Below, one piece after another: positions 34,642 to 47,200 of a DNA stretch of 64,000 nt. The stretch lies in contig MCFE01000225.1 in NCBI GenBank assembly GCA_002104905.1, positions 1 through 64,000 on the forward strand, written 5' to 3'. The notes below the pieces were generated by a model. It saw only the letters and a program-made list of their open reading frames with translations. It was not told where the DNA came from and did not search any database. Made by a program: the position numbers and the translations under genes. Within the stretch, counting starts at the first letter, position 1. Each line of letters opens with the position of its first letter. The DNA comes from Basidiobolus meristosporus CBS 931.73 (taxonomy: Eukaryota > Fungi > Basidiobolomycota).

Positions 34642-35584
34642 TTACAAAACTGCTTCACACCAATCGCAACTATCGCAAAGCATGATCAGCCCAGTTGAGG
34701 GATTGAAGGTGAAGAGGCTGTTTCCAGAACATCCTGAGCTACGAGCCATGTTAGTTGGGCTTGGTTGATCACATTTGTCCACGATGTTGCTTACCTGTGA
34801 GCGGACCGAAGGCTGTGTATTCTTTGCCACGACTTGGTTTTTGAATTGATGTTAGTAATTTGTCCAGAGACTCCCCTCACAACTAGCACTTACTTGATGA
34901 TCTATTTGCAAATGACACTTATCACATTGAAGTGTAGTCTCAGTTGTCTGAAATAGAGTCCCTTGGTTGCAGACCATACAAGTTCCAAAGTTTCCGGGTA
35001 AATGACTGTGGCTTGACTGAAGTTCCTCGTACTTTTCCATGTCTGCAGATAAGATAGCGTCCTCGAAAGCGCAGAGTGCCTCATAATCATCTACACCGCC
35101 TCTACTTAATCAACCACACTCGACATACATATGCCATATATAACGTTTTCATACCTGCTGATTCCTGTGCTATTTCTTTTTCAAGAGCTGCCGCCACCTC
35201 TTCTGGAAGGTCTATCACTTCAAGGGCATGAGCTTGATTCCGTTCTTGCAGAAATTTAGACCACTCCTCAGAAATCAGCGACTGGAGCCACTAATGCAAT
35301 AATAGTTGTTAATATGTTTGTTAAGAGTTCTCTATCACTGAAGCTGCCTGGTTACATGCCTTCTCTTCCTCCATGGGTGAATCGAAAGGAGCCTTCTCAT
35401 TATTAGAGAAGAAAAGTCTCTTTCTGTTCTGCTCTGCCCAACGAGATTCTTTTATACGGTTGAGACACTGCTTCTTAAATTCGTCCCGCCACACTCGGCG
35501 CGTTTTCGGGGAGGAGCGCGGAGAATCCTTCCGGGGAGAATGCGCACCAGGACGGTTATAATTGAATGGATTGATCACGTTCAT
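34642..35584 (-). CDS. RPAIN: RPA-interacting protein (RPAIN/RIP-alpha)-like, multi-exon
   Basis: N-terminal VWRDEFKKQCLNRIKESR and a C-terminal Cys-rich region (CMVCNQG..CDKC..LCDSCDW). Confidence 0.7.
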
Positions 35585-35761
35585 GGAAGTTGTATGTGGA
35601 GGGAGTTGCAATAGCAACAGCTAAATACTACTATTTTGTAAACAAATGTGATGGCAATATACAGGGTTCAGTTGTGTATATCAGGGATACGGGCTCTATT
35701 TATATTTTAATGAGATCTTCGAATTCTCAAAAAATATCCTTTTCTCGATGGAAAATTTTAC

Positions 35762-35832
35762 TGCGCCGTCCGGGAATCGAACCCGGGGCTAAAGCTTGGG
35801 AAGCTTCAATTCTACCACTGTACTAACGGCGC
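35762..35832 (-). tRNA. tRNA-Gly(CCC), intronless
   Basis: GCGCCGT/ACGGCGC acceptor stem, D arm AGTGGTA, anticodon arm GAAGC-TTCCCAA-GCTTT, T arm CCGGG-TTCGATT-CCCGG, discriminator A, and a downstream T-run. Confidence 0.96.
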
Positions 35833-36320
35833 TTCAACGGGAGGGCAATTCGTGCTTACCTGACCACCATTCTGATACAAAAGAATTTGGCAATCTTAAT
35901 CATGTAATGAACATCTAAAATTTAGCAGTCGTATTATTTATCTAGCTTGTAGTGGGAAATGGATTGAAAATGAACAATAAGATTCTCCTAAATATTGCAA
36001 GGTGCTGTGAGATAGTTTCAGAGATATTTTACTCGAGAAGACCATCTTTATTCTCCACAGATATATAGGCGAATTCAAGGTTGTCTTCTTGAAAAAGAAA
36101 CATTCTTAGTCTTCAAGCTCTGACGATACTCGAAGCTATTTATTAGTATTCATAGCACCAATGCCATAATCATGAGATAAATATGGAATGAATGAAAAAC
36201 ATAGCAGATACCTTCATATCAAGAAAATATTGACACAACAGTCATGAGAAAACTAAAGTATTTTACATATATAAATCCCGCGCCACTCACCCAGGATGCA
36301 GGTGTATTGTACACAGATGT

Positions 36321-39300
36321 CTAAGATATCTCTTTCTCCTTGTCCTCTTTGGTTTTGAAATTTTCTGGATCATATTCGTTTACCTCAAACGGAAGGGCTT
36401 CAAAGGGAATATTGTGCTTTTCAAGATACTCTTCAAAAACACTATCAGCAAACTTGAGTAGATCGTCGAAATTGGGATCCTGCAAGAGTGGCCATTGTAG
36501 GGTTTTCTCCGAACCGTGGCATTTGCGGTACGTTATGGGAAATCTGGCTTCCAAGCGCTCGATGGTAAATATTTGCTCTCCTTCAGTCCACTTCCGATGT
36601 ACCCTGTCCATGGTGTCCTTCTGTCGGCCACATTGATTCGCTACATCATTGAACACCTTCTGCCTGATTTGCTCGTCTTTGTTGGTGGAAAGCTTGCGAA
36701 GATTCTTAGACATCAGTATATCGTTACAGTATGCTTGTCGTAAGCGAACAATTCGGAGATTAATTAGTGCATCGATCTTGGCGCTGATGAAAGTCGTAAG
36801 TAAATTGTGCGGCTGCTTGGTGGAGGAGTAGATGTTTACCATAGTGCATTCAGATCGGTGTAATTCTCAAGGCGCAATTTTCGGCGGGTGTATGCCATGA
36901 ATTCGTCAAGGCTTTCCCAGTGGCTGATGCACTCTTTGTAGGACCCGTGTCTAGATACCTGGTTTGGAAGGTCGCTTAGTATTTGGGCGGCTTAGGTGAT
37001 TTCCGACAGCTGATTTACCTGGAAACAGGCAATACTTCGAATGAAGGCATACAATGATGCCAAGAATTGGGGGGTGGCCTCTTTCACACGCCTGCTGTTA
37101 CCTGACTCTGCGTTTTCAACAGCTTTACGCTTGTAATCTCTTGCAAGATTGTTGTACCTGCCAACCAAAACCATGAATCCGATGCTCTTGCTGTAGTACA
37201 GCTGTGCTACTCACCTCACATATTCGATACGATGATATTCAATTTCCGCCGAAGTAGGCTTGTAAACCGAAGATCCTAACTCACGCATGGGTGTATACAC
37301 ACTATCCCGGGAGGGCGTCTTTTGTTGCGGCGTAGGAGTGTTGATTGAAAACAAGGTTGGTGCGCCAGATCCCGAAGACTTGACTGATTCGGGGGATAGA
37401 TCGGTGGATTTGCTCTGGGAAAGCCTATCGATTTTCTCCTTCATAAGATCATTTCCTGGCGCCATGTCTTTCGGGTCATCCTTTGATGATGCAGGGCGAC
37501 TACTCTTGACTCCCGGCTTCTGCTTACGATAGTCGGCTAAGGACAATGTTCTTTTCTGGGTAGATGATTCCAGGGACTCGTCCATTTTGCTTTCAGCAAT
37601 TGGTGTCTCAGCCAAGCTTTGTCGCGACTTTCCTGGCAGATCGTCCGCTTCATCCCGGAGCCGGTTGGGCTTTTTCTCTTCCAACTCCGTGCTATCACGG
37701 CCATCATCTCTAGAGCGATTGGTCTTTCTGTCCTCAGGATCAGCGTTATCGCGTCCTCTGCTCCTAACCTTCTTGTCTGTGAGAGATCCGGATCTCGAAT
37801 TGCTGTACTTGTCGTCTGCAGATTTAGCATGCGTCGATGAGTTCTCGTAGGAATAACGATCGGACAGTCGGGAATCTCTGGAGTCGTCTCTACTGCGACG
37901 TACTGGTGATCGGGACCTGCTTGGACTAGCTCTACGTTGGTTTCTAGATTCCCGGCTCGCTTGGCGATCTCGGGAAGCCTTATCTGAGAGAGTGGACGAG
38001 CTTTTATCCAGCCGATCAGAGGTAGAGCGTTTGTCCATTGACAAGCTTCGTTCTCGTTCGTGCAGATCGTTCTCACGCCGTTCTGTTGATCGGCTTCTAC
38101 TACGATCTCTTGTGGATAGGTTTCTGCTGCGAGAGCTAGAATCGTTTTCCTCTCTACCTTTTTTGCTCTGGGAGCCCACAGAAAGGCGAGAGCGCTCCCG
38201 AGATGGCGCATCCTCCATTTTCGGTCTCTTCCTATCATCCTTGTTTCTGACTGGAGATACTGTAGCTTCACTTGGTTGCTTGGGCTTGCTGGGCTCACTT
38301 CTTTCAGCTCTTCTTTCGCGTGCTGGCGAGCTATCTCTTTTCGTTTTTCTGTTGGATAGTCTCTGGGAAAGCCTGTCATCTTCACTGTCATCCTCCTTCG
38401 CCTTACGGGAGGCGGAGGATTTTGAGATTCTCTCTCTGACCGGCTCGGGCCCTTCGGGAATATCAGAATCCTTCGAACGCCGAGAGATCTTCGTCTTCGC
38501 CGATTCGCTGAGATGGTCAGAATCCATATCTCTGCTTTTCCGAGAAGCCGAGGAGAGGGACCTGACCTTGCTAGGCTCCGAGAAGGATTCAGACGCATCT
38601 CCCTCTTTTGTCCGCCGTGAGGCTGATGATTGCGTAAACCCATTCTTTACAGAATCAGATGCTCTATCCAAAGAAAGCTCTTTGCTCCTTCGCGAGCTGG
38701 TCTTCTGATCAACGTGATCATCCAATGCATCTTTTGACTTCGTTTTATAAATTCCTTTCGAGGAATTGGCTCTCTTATCCACCTCTGGAATGGCAAAGAC
38801 CCCGTTTTTCTCCGTGTCACTGTCATCGCTATACGAGGCGGCAGAACCAGGCCGCTTGAGAGACTTGGTAGCTCTTGGAGAGCGGCTAGATTGGCTCCGT
38901 TTGGATTTACCATCATTCTTGATTGGCGTGGAAAGCTCATCCTCCAGAGAATAGTCATCCTTCGCTCTTCTGCCAGCTGGATCGGTTGAAAGCCGCCTCT
39001 TACGCTGAAGCTCATACTCAGCATCGTTGTCATCGGGGCGCCTTCCAGAACGGTTTGCCTTGAGTTTCTTGATCCTGAGATCGATATCAGATTCAATGTC
39101 CGAGTCGCGATGTCGATTCGATTTCGTAGTAGACGCCCTGGAGTTCTTCAGTTTCTTAAGCTTAAGATCGATATCAGCGTCAAGATCCGACTCCTCGTTC
39201 TGAGAACGCCTGGCAGCTTTCGCAGCCTTGATCTTCAGGTTCAAGTCAGTATTGATCTCGGAGTCGTCAGGGTATTGCTCCGCACTCTTCCGGGATTTAG

Positions 39301-41600
39301 CGCTTTTCTTTGCTCTTACATCCACATCCGAGTCAAGCTCGGAATCGGTGTACTGTGATTGCCTGGAGGCAGACTTGCTCTTGACCGGCTGCTTGGCTTT
39401 CCTCACTTCGTTGTCGGTGTTGCGATCACTCTCATCTAATTGACTGCGACTAAGATTGGACTTTTCCTTTCTACTGGCCTTTCTTTCCTCTTCTTCGTGT
39501 TTCAATGCTTTGGGTCGACGCGATTTGCTATCTCTGTCGGACTCGCCATCGCTCTCATCGGAGCTGGAATAGTTTCCGCGCGCTTTGTGCTTCAGTAATG
39601 CATCGCGCCTTGTGTCATTAATTTTATTTGGATATTTGAGCTCAACGACCAGCGATTTGGCCTTGTCTTCGGATATAGATTTACTGCACAAAACACCGAC
39701 TTAGTAAGATACAAACAAAACTATAGGTGTAGCTACGAACCTCTTGGGTGTGCCCCGGGATTTGTCGGTAGGGGTTGTGCTGGATACAGAATTACCAAGT
39801 TTCGTAGAAGGCCCTCTAAAAGCAATGTTTCTCCAGATTAATCGCTGAGGCTAGGAGGTCAGAATTTTAATAGATATCCGGATGAAGCACCTTTTCCCGC
39901 TCGTTTTAGGTCTTTTACTGGCGATATCGGACTCCGAATCAGCATCCAAAAGTCTCTTGACTGGTTTCTCCGTTCTGTATGACAGTTGATTACCATCAGA
40001 AACCGGGAAAAGCACACGCTGCCGGCAGCTTGACAATGAGCCATACCTTTCACTTTTGGCATCTGTCTTCTCGTTTGAATCTGCCTCTTCTGCGGTCTTC
40101 TTCAAATCGCCCGAATGCCCGTTGCGTTTGCTAATAGAACAACATGGTCAGCACAGGCAGAACCCTGAGAGGTGCATTCTAATTTACCTGGACAATTTCC
40201 CTTCATCGGGATCTTTGCTATCACTACACTTGATGATCAATAAACGCCATCATAAAGTGGAGGTAGTTACACACGTACCGTTTGGCGTACACGTCGTCAT
40301 CATCATCACTTGCTTCACCCTCCTCTCTTTCATTGCTTTGAGTATTCTTCTTGTCCTCGCTTTTGGTGGAGGCCTTTTCGACTTTCGGTTTGGCCACAGG
40401 GATAGTAAAAGCTGTGAATTTGGGCATTGACTGGAGATGTGGGAGTTAGCTGATGGACGATTGATAGCCAGCCCAAATTAATGATTACCTTGATCTTGCT
40501 AAGGGTCTCTAGAAGACTGGCAATCACCTAGTTATAAGGTTATTAGATTTTCCTTTGGTTCAAGTGACGCATGAAGGCGTACCGAGTCCACATCGTCTTT
40601 TGCTTTGGAGATATCCATTTTTCTTCTAGAGTCAGGCTGCTGTCGATTGCTGTATAGCAGAAGTGGGTGAGTGGCGACCGTGTGGGTTGAGTAAACTACG
40701 CAAATACCTTGTAGGCTTCAAGTGGGACGATTTTTCGCGGAAACCGCTTCTCATAGAGTGTGAGGGAGAATCCCTGTTTGGACTACAAGAACAGTGTATT
40801 AGTGCCAGTTTCCTAAGGAGACTGTGCCACCGGAGTGTAAGCGGTACCTTGCTTGATTCACTGAAACCACTTGACTTGGATGAGGAGACATAAGATTAGG
40901 TGTTGTGGAGTAAGAATCACCCCCTTGGGGTACGGGAATCTGAGTGAAATATTGGGCAGCATCCATGTTGTTATCCTTGACATAGGGATGATATGGGAGA
41001 GGCCAGTTAAACTTTTCTATACATTTAGTGGCTCTGCTAAAGATTTTGGCTTCGCGCTCAGCAACCTCTTTAGTCTTGTCTACCGCATCTCTTCTGGCCT
41101 CGGTAGCATCTTTAGACAGACTCGCGAATAATCCTTTGAAGTGAACGTGACGAGATCGAAAACTATCTGCAAGTTTATGTGGTTCGTCAATCTCTAGAAA
41201 CGATTTCGGCTCGTGGTGGGTAGTCATCACGAGACTTGTATCTATTAACAGTTCTTGGGGATAGACACCGTAGATTTAGACTCTCCAATAGTGCACTGGG
41301 AAGTTCGGGATGAGTACGCGTGGGCTCACGTTGTGTATTCAACGTTCCAATGAGACCAATGATTTCCTTCAGAGTTGAAGTAATAGAAAGCGTCCGAAGG
41401 AGCTGAAGAAATATATTTGTAATTGAGGATTACGAGAATTATAGGAAATCGGTAAGTGGCAGGTTGATGAATTGATTGATTAATTGTGTGGTTTTGCATT
41501 TTTCCTTAGTCCACCCACTGCAAGTTACTCGGATCAGCACTGGTTGAAATTGGTTGAGTTGCGCCAGCGTTGGGTTGCCAGCTAGATACTTGGTAACTCG
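36321..41600 (-). CDS. Large charged low-complexity protein with a helical C-terminal domain resembling the AFF/Ebp1 C-terminal homology domain; 5' end uncertain
   Basis: Exons can be chained via canonical introns from about 41600 through ORFs 40799..41230, 40224..40427, 39851..40105, 37211..39691, 36992..37174 and 36321..36842. The C-terminus YNNLARDYKRKA..QFLASLYAFI..WPLLQDPNFDDLLKFADSVF resembles the AFF CHD pattern (by-eye similarity only). Confidence 0.6.
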
Positions 41601-41679
41601 AACATCTCGTTTTGGCACAGCTGAATATCATTAAACTTCTGCTGGATTATGTTTCAGGCACTCCCATATATGTTAGTAT

Positions 41680-41760
41680 AAGTGCTGTCTTTTTGCATGT
41701 TCGTATATCTAGAAGTGCCGTCTTTTTACACCTCAGTATACCTATAAGTGCCGTCTTTTT
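41680..41760. repeat. Three AAGTGCYGTCTTTTT motifs at an exact 33-bp period in a divergent promoter
   Basis: Copies at 41680, 41713 and 41746. Confidence 0.9.
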
Positions 41761-41880
41761 TGTCAGCAACCGCCATTCTGATTGGTGATCATCAGGATAC
41801 AGTGGAAAAATCCCGATTCTAGTGGATGTTCACTACCATTTAATTAGGCTTGGAGGGTTGTTTCCATCTTAACATTCACC

Positions 41881-43980
41881 ATGTCCTCTGATAAAGAGTT
41901 ACTAGAGCAGATCGCCCTACTAGCAGGTACATAATGGGTCATTTAGTTATTTCCACCAACCAAAGCTCATCTCCACAACTCCCATTCTTGTTTCTTTGCT
42001 ATGCGAAAGGCGCGATAAATAAACATAAGATGAAGATGGAGACTCCCGTCCACATGTCTTCTTATAGTGCTCCCAGTTCCCCTAGAAAAGTAAGCTTCTT
42101 CAACCGTGTTTGTTGAAACAAGTTCTATCTTGCAATGTTCAACTCTTCAGTCACTAAGAGCCGCCTTCATATCAAATCTAGTACTTTGCTCACGGTGCCA
42201 ACACGCTAGATCACCGGAATTCTGAGAATAGCCTAGTAGGGAAAAATGATGCAGCTGCGAAGACGGCTTCTTTTTCGCAAACCAACCCCACTTCAACAAG
42301 CATCCCCCCAACTTACATACGTAAAGGCAATAAGCTGATCCGAATGAATGAGGGTATGTCTTGATACGTCCATGATCAGCGAATCAACGTAGAATCTCAA
42401 GTGGAAGCTTATTTAGACAATTCACAAGAAAGCTCAGTAGTACAGAGCACTGTGTACTCGCCGTCGAGCGATACCACGGCGCAAACAAAACAGTACAGTG
42501 AAAATATCCTTTTCCAAGATGTTCAGACGAAGAATTTATTTTTGATTTCGCACTCTCGACCTTATGGTTCTTAACCAAACCACAGCCCCAAGCGCAGGTG
42601 CCGGTTTCGAGACACCGTACATTGGTGGTCCAGTCTGCTTCCAATCTTAGCGAAGGGACAAACAACACAGACACACAGCCAAGCGGTTGGGTTCAGAAGA
42701 GAAGCCGGCACATGCAACTTATCAATGCAGCTGTCCACGCCAAAAGGTTTTCCACATTGCATGTAATACGGACGTGCGTCGAATCCTTTTAACACGAAAA
42801 TGACCTGAATTGCAGAACTGCCGATTTCAAGAAATCCAGACCGAACATCATCAGCCTCACCCCCAAAGGTACCTCAGTACTTATTGACGGGACCAAGTAT
42901 AGAAGAGGCCCATCCGGAAACAAGCTGGTTATAGCCAAAGAAGGTAACATCTTAGATCCTTGGTCAGCCTTTGAAAGTACTGTCAAGCAAACATCCGTAT
43001 CTAGGTGTAAGCGGAAACGAAGTCACCGTGGGGGGAGTTGTTTTTGTCATGGATCCATCCGGTCAAAAACTCATCCGAAAGAAGCAAGGTACAGGTCACA
43101 GTCAAGTCGCGTTTGTTGCGTTTACATTTTGCCAAACCACACTATTACGTAGATACTCAAAGTAAGAGAACACGAAGCGGAAACCTGATGATTCTCCATA
43201 ACGCGGCTCTGCAACAACACAAATCCCGGTATTTGCTGAATCAGCCGCTTTCTCCAATCCTAACCCTGTTAACTTTGGTCGTGGTATCAGTAGACATCTA
43301 ACCAAACGGTCGGTTATCCCCAGCGCGCGATCTAAATACTGCCAATACTTCAATAGATTTGGTAACTGCATGAGCAATGCCCAGCCCTGGTGACCTTCAA
43401 TTACTAATCACTGTGATGGATACCTATAGGCCGGTGTAGCAAGGGATCCAAGTGTCCGTACATACACGATCCCAAGCGTGTTGCCATTTGCACAAAGTTT
43501 TTGCGCGGTGCATGCGAAAAACCTGAAGAGTGCCCATTCTCACACAACATTACTCCAGAGAGAGTACCTTTGTGTTATCATTTCCAAAAAGGCAAATGCA
43601 CTAACCAAGATTGCCCATATCTTCATGTTAAGGTTAACCCTGACGCACCGGTTTGCAAAGCTTTTCTCACCGAAGGGTACTGCCCCAACGGGAAAAGCTG
43701 CAAGGAAAGGCATGTCTGGGAGTGTCCAGATTTCTCAGCCACCGGAATATGTGAGAACTCCAAGTGTAAATTACCGCATGTAGCCAGAGGGCACAAGCGG
43801 AACTCATCCCAGCTATCAGATGATTCTGTAGAAAGTCATGAGGATGAGGAAACCCCTCGAGAGGCTGAGTACCAAATCCAGCCCAATTTCACGAATGCAC
43901 CGAGATTTTCTTCGCCACAGCGCGATACTGAGGTTGCTCAGGAACGCGAGGAATCATGTATTTCAGGTGAATTCAGGTGA
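41881..43980 (+). CDS. Five-CCCH zinc-finger protein, ZC3H3/Red5-like, multi-exon; 3' end approximate
   Basis: Starts MSSDKELLEQIALLAGAINKHK. It contains EVTVGGVVFVMDPSGQKLIRK and tandem CCCH fingers (YCQYFNRFG.., CTKFLRGACEKPEECPFSH, CYHFQKGKCTNQDCPYLH, CKAFLTEGYCPNGKSCKERH, CPDFSATGICENSKCKLPH). Confidence 0.85.
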
Positions 43981-44251
43981 TTATTGAGCAAGGTTTTTTC
44001 ATTCATTTAGAGGATCAAAGGTAGTGCAAGTTAGACATCCATGGTTTCGAGTCAATGTACACTTAAAGATTAAATAAACAATTTTGGTTAATCATCCGTG
44101 ATTTCAAGATGAAAATAATCATTCGCCCTAGGGTGCTGGTGCTAGTATTACCCTAGAGCGAAAAATCTAATTAAACGAGGCATTATTTTAACAGTCAACA
44201 TTCAGTTGTCCTTGATTTTTCACTTGGTTTGTGTTTAGTGACGGTGTGGCC

Positions 44252-47200
44252 ATGTCTATGTACACATTGTTTCGCGAGGTCTTTCCTCCGACTGGAGTTG
44301 AGCATGCCGTGCAAGCGAATTTCATCTCCCCCAATGTGACAAACCTGATTGTCGCGAAAACCTCGATTCTCCAGATATTTACTGTTGTTACCGAAAACGC
44401 ACCTGATAGTCAAACCAATACCGAAATCTCCGTGGCTCGGCTAGAACTGTTCTCCCAATACAAACTACACGGAAACATCGCTTCCATTGGGGTTGTCAAG
44501 ACGATCTCCAGTGGAGGAACCGATAGTTTACTGCTGAGTTTCAAAGACGCGAAGGTAAGTCTTGTTTCCGCCGGCATCTTTCGAGATTGTGGTTCCCGGC
44601 TCCCAGTTCCCAGGTGACGTTCTATTAACACGCAAAATCAGCTTTCTTTGATCGAGTTCTCGCCAGAGACAAACAACATTGTCACCGTATCGATTCATTA
44701 TTACGAGAGGGATGATTTCAAGGTAATTTCTATCCGATCAAAGCGCCTCGGCAGAGTTAATTTAGTTTCCGCCTTTGAGTACAGAAAGAGTTCGTTCACA
44801 ACAGTTGTCCGACTGAAGTCAGAGTGGATCCTGCCAATCGATGTGCTATACTCAATTTCTACGGAGACAAACTGGCAATCTTGCCATTCCGTCAAAAAGA
44901 GGTTCTCCACTTGGCTGATGAAGAGATGTCCAAGTGAGTGAGTTCTTGTTCTTGAGATGCCCCTGGCTCGCAACTAATCCTGTTTCTACCTGAAGCAAAT
45001 GGCCATATTCGCCCAGTTTTGTCATCGATGCTGGATCAATTCAGAAGAACATGAGAAACATCATAGACATGATATTTTTGGAAGACTATTATGAGCCAAC
45101 GCTCGCCATCCTTTACGAGCCTGTTCAAACAAACACTGTGTAACTGCACTCTACAGATGTACATCCATCAATTGAACTACATCGTCTAACTCGGGAAACT
45201 TTCGTTCAGGTTACTCTCCACGCGTAAAGACACCTGCGCTCTAGCCGTAGTCTCTCTGGATCTGACCAAAAAGCTTTATCCCGTTATCTACTCGATTGAT
45301 TCTTTACCATATGATTGCATCAAGCTGATCCCGGTCCCCAAACCGATCGGAGGAATCCTGATTGTATCGGCAAATGCCCTGATTCATGTGGATCAGAGTT
45401 CACCGGGACAAGGGATTGCGGTCAACGGGCATGCCCTGAAGTGCACCAGCTTCCCACTCGAAGTGCGGGCCGAGCTTGGCATTGCCCTGGAAGGATCCCA
45501 GCACGTCTTTCTTTCATCTGACAAATTGCTAATTTTATTGAAGAACGGGGATTTCTACATCGTGGAGCTGGTGCAGAACGGTAGATCGCTATCCAGCATT
45601 CGGATGGCCAAGGCGGGGACAAGTGTGCTGCCGTCTTGCGCGTGCAAGCTTCTCGACCAGTACTTCTTTTTGGGTTCCAGACTAGGCGATTCTCTATTAA
45701 TTAAATATTTTGAAAAACAATCTCAGCCTGTGTCCATGGTTAGTTTGCATTAATATTCTTGGTGATTGTCGTGCTTGTTCTCATCTTCCCATTTGCCCTA
45801 GTCGTTAAGTGAAGACCACGAGAAATCTGGAGCAATGGATTTAGACCTCGGTAACGAACGCCACTTGAGCCCAGCAGACGTTGCTCTCGGTGCTTACCTA
45901 TTTGTTATTTGCTGCTAGACTTGTACGGAAATGATTACGAGATCAACGACGAAGCGAACGAGGAAAACCAGAGCGCCGCCTCCCTTGGCTCCACATACAG
46001 CTTCCAAGTGTGCGACAACTTGATCAACACCGGGCCTATCAACGACATGGCTGTCGGTGAATCCGCACACATTTCTGTAAGTTATTGCTCATCGGCGTTT
46101 GCTTCAGGTTTCCTGACTAACCAACCGTTCAACTAGGAAGAGGTATTTGTTAGGAAAAGACAAAGTGTCGGTCTCCAACCGTCTAATACTCTATTTTGTT
46201 CGACAGTTTCAATTGGAGAAAGACAAGAAGCCGTTCGAACTGGTTCTTTGTTCTGGCCACGGGAAGAATGGGGCCATTTCGGTGTTGCAGAAGAATATCA
46301 GACCGTTGATCCTGAGCTCATTCAACCTTCCCGGCTGTCAAGAGATATGGTCTGCTCGATGCAAGAGAGAAGTTATATTCGAAGGCATTGTGCAGGTTCA
46401 ATCTGCCAGAGGGCTCAAAGGCCATTTGACGGAAGCTGATGACGAGGACGAGGGCTTCGATAGATTCTTGATTCTCTCCAAGACCAACCGCACCATGGTA
46501 CTCAGCTGTGCATATACATCAGGCTTAGACCTCCGATATTCATCTTCGCTCTGCGTGCTAGGTACTTTCGGCTGGCGAGGAGCTACAGGAGCTTGAAAAT
46601 GCGGACTTCTATACGGACGGCCCCACTATTGCTATTGGAATGTTGTTGAACGAGACAAGGGTGGTGCAGGTTTATTCCTCCGGCATCAGGCTTCTCAATG
46701 CTGGTAAATGTTTCGCATCTCTAGTCCCGTTGTAGGCAACTTGCTGACACCCTGATCTCTATATAGAGGGAAAGCTTACTCAGCTAGTCCCAGTCGGCAG
46801 CAATTCTCTCGACACCTATATTGTCTCTGCCACCATTGTTGACCCTTACATATTCGTCCTCTATAGCAATGGAAAGGCCACTCTCTTGAAAGCTGACCCG
46901 AAGTCAAAGGATGTCACTGTTTCCCAGCTCCCGATGCACATCAACGTTTGTTCGGCATTACTAACCCTGATAATTGATGTTCGCTTCCTAACATCTCTTG
47001 CCCAATAGCAAACGCCCATTTCTTCCTGCTGTCTTTTCTCTGATGACCAGGGGCTTTTCGAATCAAATGATGAAAGAAGCGCTTATAAAGAAACGAAACA
47101 AGGAGAGACCAACGGCAAAGAAAGAAAGAAGGTGGACACGGAGGATGATTTGGATGATGTTGACATGGATCTTTATGGTGACGCCGACGACGACGTAGAG

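Noticed and set aside
37537-39096. Long same-strand +1-frame ORFs (368 and 149 aa) inside the AFF/Ebp1-like exon, suggesting dual coding
   Set aside because: Stops in the +1 frame need Leu/Ile/Val/Met codons, which are scarce in this S/R/K/D/E-rich region. The translation has no recognisable features.
41680-41760. CRISPR-like repeat/spacer appearance
   Set aside because: Only three 15-bp repeats, spacers related to each other, eukaryotic context and no cas genes. Reported as a promoter repeat instead.
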